Positions 1 to 12,345 of a DNA stretch of 64,000 bases are shown here, in pieces. The notes under the pieces are model-generated. The model was not told the origin of the DNA. It ran no database searches and saw only the letters and a list, made by a program, of their open reading frames with translations. Position 1 is the stretch's first letter, and every line of letters begins with the position of its first letter. The translations under genes and the position numbers were made by a program. Source of the stretch: Eledone cirrhosa (lineage: Eukaryota); contig OZ024747.1 in NCBI GenBank assembly GCA_964016885.1, positions 89,342,001 to 89,406,000 on the forward strand, read 5' to 3'.

Positions 1-1069
1 CGCCCTAACTTTGCTGTGATAAGGGAACCAATATTTGCAATTGTCTATGAACCTCATTCATAAAATCCTTTTCTTTATACCACTAAAAGTACAAAATAAA
101 AAAAAGTTTTCCTTATCATTACCTTTCTCTTTGAACAGTTAAAATTTAAAGGAAAAAGATTTTTGCATGTCTTTGAAAAGATGTTCTTTTATCAATGCCA
201 TATTTAGTTGACTTCAGAAAAGTCAATATGATGTAAAAAGTGAAAGAAATTGCCATTTTCTGTTGCTTTGAAGACTATGAGAAATTGCATGAAGGTTTTT
301 TAGTGCTTGCTTGCTTTCTTTACAATATCAGAACTAATCAATTTAATACTGACAAACATGTTTTATATGATTAATATATAGAATGGATGGACTATATAGA
401 AACTTATAGAAAATTTTCATTAATTCAAAGTTGAAAAAATATCTTTGGAATATTTTTCGTCTCTTTGACTATGCCCGTAATTCTTCTTCTGCTGAAGATA
501 CTTTTATTAAATCTCTTCATACCAAAATTAATTTTTATGAAGCACTTTTCATCGTGTCTTTGATTTGTTTTATTAGACAAACAATTTTCTAATGTATGTT
601 TTTAGTCATTCTTCAAACGACAGAAACAATAATAAAAGTAATAATGATAATGTTACTACTTTAAATAGTATTGTAGTTGGTAGCTTAACATGAATTACCA
701 TAATGGTTTTAATCTGTGTGAAAATATAAGGTTGGAAGTAGTTAGTCTATCAGAATTATTTACTACTGGAAGGGTGGCAATATGGAGATTTATTTAAATG
801 ACTGTAGAAGCATCCTTACTGGAGTGAGAATATTATTGGCAGAGAATATATTAGCAGGATATTAAAGTCCACTGACATGCAGTAATATTCTAATTAAAAT
901 TTAGAGCATTGCTGAAAATGAAGGCCATATTTTTATAGCTCCAATAATTACTATTTCCTTTTAAAACAAATATTCAAGCAAATTAGTTATGATTGTAATT
1001 TTTTAGTGGAAATAATATATCATATTTCAGAGTTGCTAACCTGTTTTATATACTTTATATATATGAAAC

Positions 1070-1345
1070 ATATATATACACCAGGTCCAAACACAAAGGA
1101 ACCAAACTCCCACTGTCACTGCTTCTGTCTCTCTCACTCTCACCACCTCTCACTATCATGAGCAATTGGGGACCCCCATGCATCCCTGGCAGACTGGCCG
1201 CCCTGTGGCCCCAGTGGACATAATAGAGAGACGCGCTGGAAGAGCCATTGCAGCTCACAAGGCTCACACCTGCGAGTAGCCAACTCTGTGCCAATGGTGG
1301 TGAGTAGGGCAGTGGCTCTAGGGCCAAGGATACCAGAAGTCTCAA
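1070..1345 (-). mobile_element. CRE-like (REL-endonuclease) non-LTR retrotransposon 3' fragment, decayed
   Basis: Same sequence family as 17750-18260 (acaccaggtc...ggaaccaaactcccactgtcact...ctggaagagccatt...gggccaagga). Shorter copies at ~1985-2132 and ~40660-40740. Confidence 0.6.
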
Positions 1346-1744
1346 GACAAAGGGAAATTTCACATCTACCTGATGTTCTAAAAATCGATTCAAATATATC
1401 ACTTGCTTCTTCTGCCTAAATTGTATTATTCATCATCGTCATCACTATTTAACGTCCATTTTTCCAGGCTAGCATGGGTTAGACGAATTGTCCTGTTGTG
1501 AAATAATATTTCAACCATACAGAAGGAAGAAATTTGTTCTGATCTGCTAAACAATACAGACATACTTAGTCTTCAGCCAAATATTTAAAAATACTCTAGT
1601 GTTTGTGAATGTTGTATGAACCAGACACCTAGATATAGAATTACATTTGTTAAGAACTATTGGTATTAATCTCTTCTTGGCAAACCACTATAGGCCAATA
1701 CATATTTCAAATTATTACTGATATATATATATACATATATATCA

Positions 1745-1968
1745 CCCAGCCCACACTGTAAAGTGGACGTGTAAAAGACACAGCAAGAAAGCACCCAGCC
1801 CACACTGTCAATGTGGTTGGCGTTAAGAAGGACATCCAGCCATAGAAAATCAGCCAGAAACACCCTATATGAGCGAGACACAGTCACCCAAGACAACTTG
1901 CCTTTAAATAGGTCCTGTCTAACCCATGCTAGCATGGAAGATGGACGTTAATCGATGATGATGATGAT
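1745..1968 (+). mobile_element. RTE LINE 3' UTR fragment ending in (GAT)n
   Basis: Contains ggttggcgttaagaaggacatccagc...aacccatgctagcatggaagatggacgttaatc(gat)n, matching the 3' UTR that follows the RTE ORF at 39400-39709. Confidence 0.75.
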
Positions 1969-2160
1969 CAGTTCCTAACACAATGGAACCAAACTGTCAC
2001 TGCCTCTATCTCTCCCGCTCTCCCCATCTTTCACTATTGTAAGCAAATGGGAGCCCATGCACTGGCTGCCCTACAGCCCCGATGGACAGAATAGAGAAGG
2101 TGTTTCCCCGGAGGATGGTGAGGGAGATGCGCTATTGTTGTTTAGCATCACAAACACCCA

Positions 2161-2230
2161 CAGGATGGCCAAAGCTGGAATACCTTCGATTATAGGTATA
2201 ATCAAAGGTATTCCAGCTTTGACCATCCTG
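2161..2230. repeat. 34-bp-arm hairpin (MITE-like)
   Basis: caggatggccaaagctggaataccttcgattata-gg-tataatcaaaggtattccagctttgaccatcctg. Two mismatches, both G-U on the minus strand. Confidence 0.8.
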
Positions 2231-2389
2231 CCATTTTTGTATTTCAGGGACCATATTGTCAAATTTATAAAGAAACAAACAAACAAAAAACAGCCAGATT
2301 TAATTTAACCCTTTTGTTACCATATTTCTAATTATATACTTTGTCTTTAGTGGTATTAAGAAAAGGATTTTATGAATGAGGTTCATAGA

Positions 2390-2540
2390 TTGCAGCAGTG
2401 TCGTTGGCCATCGTCCGGAGAATGCTTTTGCTGTCTTGTCCACCAGGCGCAGCACTCCTTCCCCCTTGCCCTAGGCCCAAAGCCCAATCACCCTCACCCC
2501 CTCTCTTCTGCGACACCAGAGCTCTTGCCATCTCCTCCTT
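2390..2540 (+). mobile_element. CRE-like retrotransposon C-terminal fragment (second family)
   Basis: Frameshifted LQ..SLAIVRR-NAFAVLS motif, similar to 4810-5035. Followed by a pyrimidine-rich tail. Confidence 0.5.
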
Positions 2541-3056
2541 TTCTCGTTCCTTTTCTTCTTTCTCTTTTCTTTTTTTCTATATTTCCCTATTCTTTCTTTC
2601 CTTTTGTTTATCCTTTTTTTTTTATCAATTAATTAACAAAGGATTTGAGAAGGATTTATTAAAATTATAGTTTCATTTAGATGGTATTTATAACATAACG
2701 AAATGTTCTTATATAAAATTATGTTAGTAAGTTTTACTTTAATTAGGAACTCATTAAAATGGCTGGTTTTGGGTTGGTTGGTATCAAAAGCGCTAAGAGA
2801 AATTTTTGTCTATTTGGAAGTAATGACTTTCATCTTGTTTTTTTTTCTTTTTAAAGTTGTCCATAAACATTAATTTAACCATCATGACATTTATACATTT
2901 ATAATATTATTCAATGTAATGTATGTTTGGTAAATCTTTTTGGCCAAAGTCAACAGTGATGGCATACATTTAAAATATAATCCTGTATGATTAAAATTTT
3001 AGCTCCGACATAGCTATATACATACAAGTATGAGAATTTCGTATATCTAATGATAG

Positions 3057-3181
3057 ATGGTATGTTTAATAAATAAACATTTGGAAAGGCTAGCTATGAA
3101 TATTGAAAGGCTGATGGCTAGCATCATCTAGCAGATTCCAGAAGCTAGGCTTTCCAAATGTTTATTTATTAAACATACCAT
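3057..3181. repeat. Inverted repeat with ~39-bp arms
   Basis: atggtatgtttaataaataaacatttggaaaggctagct (3057-3095) is the reverse complement of 3143-3181 with one mismatch. Confidence 0.8.
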
Positions 3182-3498
3182 AACTTTACATAATTCTGTA
3201 TAATGTGAGTTTTGTTGAGGCCAACCCACTCCAAACTACACCTAATGGAAAGATTATGCACAGCAAGTTAATCCTGCATTACTTAGTTATAGTTAGGTAG
3301 ACTGAGCAATTTTAGAGGCCAGACACTTCTTCTTTGCCCACTTATTCACGAGTGGGTCATGGGAGCAGAGTCCTCAAATATTCCTTCCAGTGGTTCCTGT
3401 CAAAAGCAACCATCTCCAACTGATCTGGCTGGATCCCCAAGAGATTTTAGAATATTTTTCAACAAATAAATTTAATTTTATAGTCAAAACTTTTATAT

Positions 3499-4470
3499 AT
3501 GAAATATGCAGATGACATCAAGCTGTACCTTGAAATCAAAAGGACTGATCCCGAAATCTACAACTCTTTCCTACAATCAGACCTGGATACAATGCAGCAA
3601 TGGATCACAGACTGGCAACTGAAGCTGGCTGTGGACAAGTGTACCACCATGCATTTTGGGAGGAAAATCCAGCGTCCACATACTCCCTCCACAACACTGA
3701 TATCAAGAAGTCCTCTTGTGAACGTGACCTGGGCATTACTGTCAGCAGCGATTTGCGTTGGACAAAGCATGTCTCTAAGATTGTCAAGAAGGTCGAGGGT
3801 GTCTTGGCATCACTCAGCAAGACCTTTGTTAGCCACTCTCCAGCCATCTATTTAAAGCTGTATATAGCTATGGTACGACCACACTTGGAATTCACATCAT
3901 CAGTCTGGAACCCCTATCTTGCTCAGAACATTGACCTCCTGGAAACTGTTCAGAGACGTGCAACCAAGTGCATACCCTCAATCAGACACCCACCATACTC
4001 TGAACGCCTTGCTTCCCTGGGCATGGATTCATTGAAGCTCCAACGTCTGGCAATGGACTTGGTAAACACCCACAAAGTTATTAACCATCTCGCCAACTGC
4101 AACCCTGAGCACCTTTTTGATCTCCATGTGTCCAACACACGTGGACATGCCTACAAAATCAGAAAACAGCACAGCTCCCATGACTTTCGTAAACATTTTT
4201 TCACGCTCAGAGTTGCTGAAGCATGGAACAAACTGCTTGCGTTAGTTGTTAGCTGCCAAGACACTGCATCCTTTAAAAAACTCATGCTTCCCGAAATACG
4301 CCAAAACTACACCTGATGTACCCCTTCCATACACATGCACACGTGTATATCATGACTCATGCACTGTTCATTTTCCTGACGTTTGTACATTACCCTATGT
4401 ACTATACATACACTTTTTGATGAGTTGTAGTGCACCTGAGCACTGTACACAATATTTCATTATTATTATA
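3499..4470 (+). mobile_element. 5'-truncated CR1-group LINE (RT C-terminus, one frameshift, 3' UTR, (ATT)n tail)
   Basis: KYADDIKLY motif followed by ERDLG, LYIAMVRPHLEF..VWNPY, VQRRATK and FFTLRVAEAWNKL. Protein is nearly identical to ORF 52519-54297. Confidence 0.92.
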
Positions 4471-4809
4471 AAGAATGAAATTGCAGGTGAAAAGCAAAAT
4501 AAATTTCATTAATTTTTTTAGGTCTTAGGGAATTCCCTGAGTGCTAATATTTAAAATTAATTATGAATCTGACATTTAACAGCTCATAACCTATTACTGA
4601 CAATATGTAGTTGCTAACAGGACAGATATATGATGAAATAGATGACCATCCCATTCTGCTTTCAGACATACCATATCTAGGACTGCATTATCTAATGTTT
4701 TTTATTTTGTTGTTGTTTTTAGGTGGTAAGAGTGATTTGGTGGAAATTTGGTTTCTATTTCTATAGAGGCTTCTTTGTTTGGCTTGTTGGACATTAATGT
4801 TGAATTTTT

Positions 4810-5035
4810 AGCCTTCGCAAGATTGGAATGTCAGCCGGTCATCTGACGAAGGAGCTCTGCGAGGTGGGGTGGCTGTTGCAGTGGGTGTCACCGGCCATTG
4901 TCCGCAGAAATGCTTTTGCAGTCTTGTCCGTGGGGCTCAGCCCCCAACACTGCCATACCCTACGCCTAGAGCCCACCACACTCCACCTTCCCCTCCCATT
5001 CTTCTGTGACCCTAGAGCCCTTGCCTTTCCCATCC
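4810..5035 (+). mobile_element. CRE-like retrotransposon C-terminal fragment
   Basis: ORF text GHLTKELCEVGWLLQWVSPAIVRRNAFAVL matches the FQRISxAIxRGNA-type terminus of CRE elements. Confidence 0.55.
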
Positions 5036-5099
5036 TTTTCCATTTTTATAAACACAAAAGACATGTGCATTTTTTACAATAAAACTTCTTCTTCACCCA

Positions 5100-5300
5100 T
5101 TTATTCCTGAGAGGGTCATGGATGCCAGAGTCCTCAAACATTCCTTCCAACAGGTCCTGTCAGAAGCAATCATCTCCAACTCATCCGACTGCATCCTCAA
5201 GTGTGACCAGCCAAGCTCCTAAATGTTATCCAACCATCTTGCTTGGGGTATACCCCTGAGTCTCCTGCTGGTTAGTTTTGCCCCAGACGCAGCACAGCCA
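5100..5300 (-). mobile_element. RTE-type LINE 3' coding end, decayed
   Basis: RRLRGIPQARWLDNI resembles the RxxGRPxxRW motif. Related copies at ~3345-3445 (-) and ~59770-59960 (+). Confidence 0.55.
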
Positions 5301-6525
5301 ACCAAATATTCACACTGCGGCAGATATTCAAGAAATCGTGGGAGTATTGTCAAGAAGTATATTCTTGTTTTGTCGACCAACAATAAAACATATCCACTTT
5401 TATTCCATGTTTGCAACATATTTCTAACTAGTTTTCTTTATATGTAAAAACATTCTGGCCGTTAGAATCATTAAAAAGCAACAACATTGATTATGCCTGC
5501 TGTATACATTATTCTGATTAGTTACACCAGATAAATTATAACCCTGTTAACAGTATAATAAAACTTTATATAATTAATTCACATGCTGAATACAACATGC
5601 TCTATTAACTTGTATTAGTTCTACAAATATATATTCCTTTCAACTTGACTCTTTCAAGTCTGCAATGCAAGCAAAAAATAGACTGCCTAAAATACTTCAA
5701 TTAATTTTCAAAATTATAAAAAATTTGAAGGGTTTAGGAGCATAAATGTAATTTTTATTTATTGATGTATTAAACCAGTGATTGAAATACAACTTAAAAA
5801 CATGATTTTTACATTAACAAAACATGATAGACTATTCATCTCCTGCAATTTTGTATTAAGGATTCATTTAATATGGATATTTTAGTCAAGATTTTAATTT
5901 ATATAGGAATTCTTTTAATACAAGCAGTTTTAAGTGGTTTAGTAATGTGGAAACTTGGAGCGGCTTGGTAGTTTGCCATCAAAAGGGTTACTAACTTTAT
6001 TGATAGGATTGTAAATTTGACTAAAAACACTTACTTCAAGCATATATTTTTCTGTCAAAATTAAGGTTTTCAAAAAATCCCACAAAAGGAAGAACTTCAT
6101 TAAAATTAATGTTTGCTTTCAGTTTCCTTAGAAAAGGGGAATTACAAACTGAAATTCATCCCATGCAAACTCAATACATATAAAACTTCTAATATTAATT
6201 GAAGGATTTAATCAATGTTGCTGATGTCTTGAAGACTTTTATATATGGTGAGGAATTAGAGTCAAGAATTAGTATAATTCAGGACTTTTTACCAAGCACA
6301 GCAAAAATTCAGCTTCAAAAATGACTTTATCATATGGTTTCATATGATAAAGTGAATAAATACTAATTCTTTCATCCAAAGGTTTGGAGTAGGAAACTAA
6401 ATATGAATAACGTTTTTAAGAATGATATGTTTATTACATATGTTCATAACTCTATTCTTTATATAATAGTGGAAAATGGATATTAAATGATGATGATGAT
6501 AATAAATATATATATATATATATAT

Positions 6526-7040
6526 GTAAGTAGATAAATCTACCAAAAATTTACGGTAGTGTCCAATCCGTATGAAGAACTCACTGTAATCTGGATATCA
6601 TGAAAAGAGAAGATGCATTCAAAAATTACTTTCAGTGAAAAATAAACGGAAAACAGAGTCAAGATAAATTAATAAAATAATGAATAAACAAAGAAGCAGT
6701 TCCTTATATTAAAAAAATTCATCATTTTACGATCGTTTCTAGGATATATATGTGTTAGAGTTGGTATGCATATTCTATAGATCTATGTACAATATTTATA
6801 CAAACTATCAGAGGGAATATACATACCTACACATATATATGCTGTCTTCAGAAATAATATTTCTGAAGACAGCATATATATGTGTAGGTATGTATATTCC
6901 CTCTGATAGTTTGTATAAATATTTTCATAGATCTATAGAATATGCATACCAACTCTAACACATATATATCCTAGAAACGATCGTAAAATGATGAATTTTT
7001 TTAATATAAGGAACTGCTTCTTTGTTTATTCATTATTTTA

Positions 7041-7046
<6 letters not shown>
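6526..7046. mobile_element. PLE-type terminal fragment with ~190-bp-arm palindrome (6667-7046), between (TA)n tracts
   Basis: Near-perfect fold-back centred on 6857. Each arm carries a hammerhead-like fold. (TA)n on both sides. Confidence 0.7.
6858..6990 (+). ncRNA. Type I hammerhead-like ribozyme with ~100-nt extended stem II (mirror copy on - strand, ~6723-6856)
   Basis: tattt-CTGAAGA(6863)-long stem II (atatatatgtgt/acacatatatat; ggtatgtatattc/gaatatgcatacc)-GAAA(6974)-palindromic ACGATCGT-A-aaatg. First stem II pair is a C.A mismatch. Confidence 0.55.
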
Positions 7047-7123
<77 letters not shown>

Positions 7124-7797
7124 GTCTGCGACTTCACAGAACTTATGTTTACCGAATTCGCAGACCAGACCCCTTCTTCCTCCCATTAGACCTGTGCGAA
7201 ATTCCTTCCTTGCTCACATTTCAACCAGGTTTGATGGTCTTTATTCTCTCGTTCACGATTCCACCGAATTTATATTCATAGAAATCTGGGACTTGTTTCC
7301 TTCTTCATTACTTTCTGCTGCTTAAACCATTTTGTTCGTTTACCCTAGCGTCCTCCTTATTTACGTGTCCCAACGACTTTTTTTTAGCCGTTGCTCGCAC
7401 CAACCTGAGGTATATGGCCTTTAATGCGACGAAATGCCTACGACGGTTGGATGGCCACTGATGAGAACAAACTTTTTCATATGTAACCCATTTGCAGCGC
7501 CGCAGCTCCATTATTATCATATATATATATATATATATATAGTGAAAGCACGTGGCTGAGTGGTTAGAGAATTGGATTTGCAATTATGAGGTTATGAGTT
7601 CCTGGACTGGGTTATGTCCTTGGGCAAGTCACTCTATTTCACATTGTTCCTTCTTCATGGAGTTGCGACCGATAGATAGTATTAGCAATTTGAAAGACCA
7701 ATGGAAACACTGTTTCCTCGGTCTGATTTGACGAAAAAGTCGATCAACTGACTGTCGATATATAGACATACATACATATATATATACATATATATAT

Positions 7798-8050
7798 ATC
7801 ATCATCATCATCTTCGTTTAACGTCCATTTTCCACGCTAGCATGGGTTAGACGGGAGTTGTCCCACTTGAGGCAAGGTTGGTCGGGTGACCGTGTCTCGC
7901 TCATATAGGACTATCTGGCAGGTTTTCTACGGCTGGATGCCCTTCCTAACACCAACCACATTTACAGTGTGGAACTGGGAACTTTTTACCGTGTTACCTA
8001 CACGACCACATTACAGCGTGGACTATGTGTTTTTTCTCGTGACACCTACA
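7798..8050 (-). mobile_element. RTE LINE 3' UTR fragment
   Basis: (cat)n-cgtttaacgtccattttccacgctagcatgggttagacg...gctggatgcccttcctaacaccaacc. Confidence 0.75.
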
Positions 8051-8107
8051 CGTATGTATATATATATATATATATACATACATATATATATATACATATA
8101 TACATAC

Positions 8108-8138
<31 letters not shown>

Positions 8139-8232
8139 ATAAAATTAGTGTGGATCTGTTGACAAGTGTGTCATAATCCTGTCTACTTTCCATGCTGGCA
8201 CATGTGTACACACACATACTATGTAACTAATT

Positions 8233-8423
8233 GGTGGATTGGCCATATCAGTAGAGGGTCAGACACCATGCTTTGCAGTAAAGAGTTACGGCCCTTTATG
8301 TTCAGAGTTCAAATCCCGCCGAGGTTAACTTTGCCTTTCGTCCTTACGGGGTCGATATAATAAAGTACCAGTAATACACTGGGATAATTGCTGGCCTTGT
8401 GCCAAAAGTAGAAACAATTATTA
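8233..8423 (+). mobile_element. tRNA-derived SINE family A
   Basis: A-box-like ggtggattggcc..tcagtagag, B-box gagttcaaatccc, central gcctttc.tccttacggggtcgat..aataaagtaccag domain, tail aaagtagaaacaatt. Confidence 0.8.
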
Positions 8424-8498
8424 CTTTAACAACTATTATCTACACTAGGAGTATGCTGGTGTGTGAGTTTTACCAGTTAGTCAGATGGCACTCTTAGC

Positions 8499-9724
8499 AT
8501 GTATGTGTAGTAGCGACAATATCTCAGGTGTAACAGTAATACTCTATGTATGCATGTGTATGTGTAGTAGCGACAATATATCAGGTGTAACAGTAATACT
8601 CTATGTATGCATGTGTATGTGTAGTAGCGACAATATCTCAGGTGTAACAGTAATACTCTATGTATGCATGTGTATGTGTAGTAGCCACAATATCTCAGGT
8701 GTAACAGTAATACTCTATATGTGTATGTGTAGTAGCGACAATATATCAGGTGTAACAGTAATACTCTATGTATGCATGTGTATGTGTAGTAGCGACAATA
8801 TATCAGGTGTAACAGTAATACTCTATGTATGCATGTGTATGTGTAGTAGCGACAATATATCAGGTGTAACAGTAATACTCTATGTATGCATGTGTATGTG
8901 TAGTAGCCACAATATCTCAGGTGTAACAGTAATACTCTATATGTGTATGTGTAGTAGCGACAATATATCAGGTGTAACAGTAATACTCTATGTATGCATG
9001 TGTATGTGTAGTAGCCACAATATCTCAGGTGTAACAGTAATACTCTATATGTGTATGTGTAGTAGCGACAATATCTCAGGTGTAACAGTAATACTCTATG
9101 TATGCATGTGTATGTGTAGTAGCGACAATATATCAGGTGTAACAGTAATACTCTATGTATGCATGTGTATGTGTAGTAGCGACAATATCTCAGGTGTAAC
9201 AGTAATACTCTATGTATGCATGTGTATGTGTAGTAGCGACAATATATCAGGTGTAACAGTAATACTCTATGTATGCATGTGTATGTGTAGTAGCGACAAT
9301 ATATCAGGTGTAACAGTAATACTCTATGTATGCATGTGTATGTGTAGTAGCGACAATATCTCAGGTGTAACAGTAATACTCTATGTATGCATGTGTATGT
9401 GTAGTAGCGACAATATATCAGGTGTAACAGTAATACTCTATGTATGCATGTGTATGTGTAGTAGCGACAATATATCAGGTGTAACAGTAATACTCTATGT
9501 ATGCATGTGTATGTGTAGTAGCGACAATATCTCAGGTGTAACAGTAATACTCTATGTATGCATGTGTATGTGTAGTAGCGACAATATATCAGGTGTAACA
9601 GTAATACTCTATGTATGCATGTGTATGTGTAGTAGCGACAATATCTCAGGTGTATCATTTATACTCTTTATGTGTATGTGTAGTAGCCACAATATCTCAG
9701 GTGTATCATTTATACTCTTTATGG
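8499..9724. repeat. 57-bp minisatellite, about 22 units with 51-bp variants
   Basis: Unit tgtatgtgtagtagcgacaatat(c/a)tcaggtgtaacagtaatactctatgtatgcatg. Accounts for the repetitive ORFs on both strands. Confidence 0.97.
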
Positions 9725-11244
9725 TTTGAATGTTGCATGGGATCAACAACAGAACAGAATTAGAGAAGTTTCTGCTCCTGAAGCAGCTACTGCTGCTTCG
9801 TCGTTGTTGTTGTTGTTACATCTGTTTTCCGATGCTTGCATGGGTTGGACTGATCCTTTTCAGTACAGCATCACATTCGTTTATCCTCTCCTCAGCTTCA
9901 GTAATTTCAGATCAGCTCTCATGATTTCTGGCTAGGTCTTCCTTGATCTACCTCTTTTGGCAGCTATCCTTGCATTGAATTTTCCTCATTCATCATCATC
10001 ATCATCATCATCATCATCTTCGTTTAACGTCCATTTTCCACGCTAGCATAGTTATTCTATAAATTCTAATACACTCATGCCTCCACTTGATTTTTGAGAA
10101 AACTTTGTTTACATTATATAATTGATTTATTTATTATTAACCTAGGGTTGTTCAAAGAGTAAGTTTTTGATATTCAATGTAAACAAGGTTATTGTAAAGA
10201 TGAGATATAATCAAATAGAAAAGAATAAAACTGTAAGCACAAGGCACTGTGCACCAGGTGCTATGTAGTACTTGCTTAACTGTCAGATCACACCTGGTGC
10301 TTATTTTATTTTGTTTCATTTTTTCCTATTTATATATTATGTTATCTATCCAGTATTCATGTTTACATTCAATGTATAGAACCAATGTACAGTTTTTGTA
10401 TAAAAATAACTTTTATACAATTTTCTTACCAAAAAAAAAAATGAAATTAAATATAAATTTTACAATTTTCTTCTATAATTTTTGGCACTATAATATAACT
10501 TTAATTTCAACTCAGGCAGAAGATTTTCACCAACTATAAACCTATTTTGAGCATAACAGGTTTTATGTTAAGTTTTAATTTAAAGAAACCAACCTAGATA
10601 TTAAGTGAGACAATTGCTTTCAAATTCTGAATTTATTATCAAAAGCAAGAACTAATATGTGTGTCTCATGAAACTTGACAAAAAATAGAATATTTTAACA
10701 TCTTTTTACTAAATTCAAACATTTATCAAAGAAAAAGAATATTGAATTATTTATTCTGATACAGAGCAGACAGAAGACTTTTTTTGTTTCAATTAAATAA
10801 AACCAGCAGTCTATTGGTAGTGAGGCAGTTTTTCTCTTCGTCTTTGTCAATAACCTATATAAACAGGTTATATTATCAGTGGAATTATAGATTTGAAAAT
10901 AAATTTTGAATTTTTTTAATCCAATTTTTTTGAAAAATGATATAAATTAGGAATGAAAGAATTAAAAATTATACTATATAGAATTAATCAATAAAAAATA
11001 ACAATTCATATAACAATTAATGCTTTATTTTGAAAGTGATGACACTCTAGCAATCACACAATAAGGGACAGTAGATCGTTTAAGCTAAAAGGATACTATT
11101 AATTAAAAGCAATGAAAAGAAAATATACTGGTTCAAATATTAATCAGGTATCGAACATTTCATATTCCTTCATTTTCTCTAATAATTCTGAGAGAAACCG
11201 AAAATGACATCTATTTCATATAAAAATACATTAGCTATTCAATA

Positions 11245-11720
11245 AGAATAATAATTAAAATTATTGTGTACAGTGCTCAGGTGCACTACAGCTCATCAAA
11301 GGTGCATGTACAATACATAGAATACTATTCAAAATTTAGGAAAGCGAACAGTGTATGAGTGATGATATACACACAGATACATGTGATGTGTGAGTGTGTA
11401 TGGAGGGGGAATATCAGATGTAGTGTTGGCGAACTTTGGGAAGTACGAAAGTTTTGAAGGATGCAGTGTCCCGACAGCTAACAGCTGATGCAGGTAGTTT
11501 GTTCCATGCTTCAGCAACTCTGAGAGAGAAAAGATGTTTCCGGAAGTCATGGGAGGTGTACTGTTTTCTGGTTTTGTAAGTATGTCCCCTTGTGTTAGAC
11601 ATATGGAATTCAAAAAGGTGCCCAGGGTTGATTGAAAAATGGTTAATAATCTAGTGGGTGTCTACCAAGTCTGTTGCCAGATGTATCCATGCACAGAGAA
11701 GCAAGGCATTCAGTGTATGG
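11245..11720 (-). mobile_element. CR1 LINE 3' fragment, decayed
   Basis: SNTRGHTYKTRKQYTSHDFRKHLFSLRVAEAWNKLP plus the same 3' UTR (gtgcacctgagcactgtacacaat). Confidence 0.85.
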
Positions 11721-11951
11721 TGTATTAGAGCAAGTGTTTAAAATACTATTGTACTTTATAGTTAAACATTGATGGACTGAGCACTCAATATGTGTAAGCA
11801 GAGTGTAAATTTTATTTTCTAAAGAGGAAAGTGGCAGTGACATTGGAATTTCAGCTTTGTTGCTTCCTCTAGCAATGAAAAACTCCCTGGAAAGTTTGTC
11901 TCAAAGGTGCAAGCCTGTGCAATATGCTTTGTGAAAGACTAACAGTCACTT

Positions 11952-12345
11952 ATCATCATCATCATCATCACCGTTTTACGTCCGTTCTTCCACGCTAGCA
12001 TGGGTTAGACGAGTTGTCCTGTTGTGGGCAGTGTCTGGTCGGCTGACCATGCCTTGCTCATACAGGAACTGATTTGGCTTGATTTCTACAGCTGGATGCC
12101 CTTCCTAACACCAACCTCATTTACAGTGAGTGCTGGGTGCTTTTTCGTGGCACCTACACGTCCACTTTACAGTGTGGGCTGGGTGCATTTTTGTCGTGGC
12201 ACCTCCACGACCACCTTGCAGTAGGAGGGTGTGGGGGCATATTGTCTATATGCTTCAGCTTGTACCCATGGGAGGTCAGGTACTCTGTATTACTGCGTGA
12301 TGCCAGAGGTCACGGTCATGTGTCATTGCCTTTGAGAGGTGTGTA
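11952..12345 (-). mobile_element. RTE LINE 3' end (same subfamily as 38441-39709); second tail fragment at ~12420-12535
   Basis: Reverse complement matches 39315-39700, including the ORF end (HDRDLW.HAVIQST.PPMGTS) and the (GAT)n tail. Confidence 0.85.

Noticed and set aside
1-620. Coding-like AT-rich sequence (also ~5830-6350 and ~33500-34400), possibly fossil transposase
   Set aside because: Frequent stops and no motif I can identify with confidence.
8233-8320. tRNA genes at A/B-box motifs
   Set aside because: These are SINE heads. They lack a full cloverleaf and continue into SINE body sequence.
8499-9724. CRISPR-like regular array
   Set aside because: Units are contiguous and near-identical with no unique spacers. 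Eukaryotic context and no cas genes.
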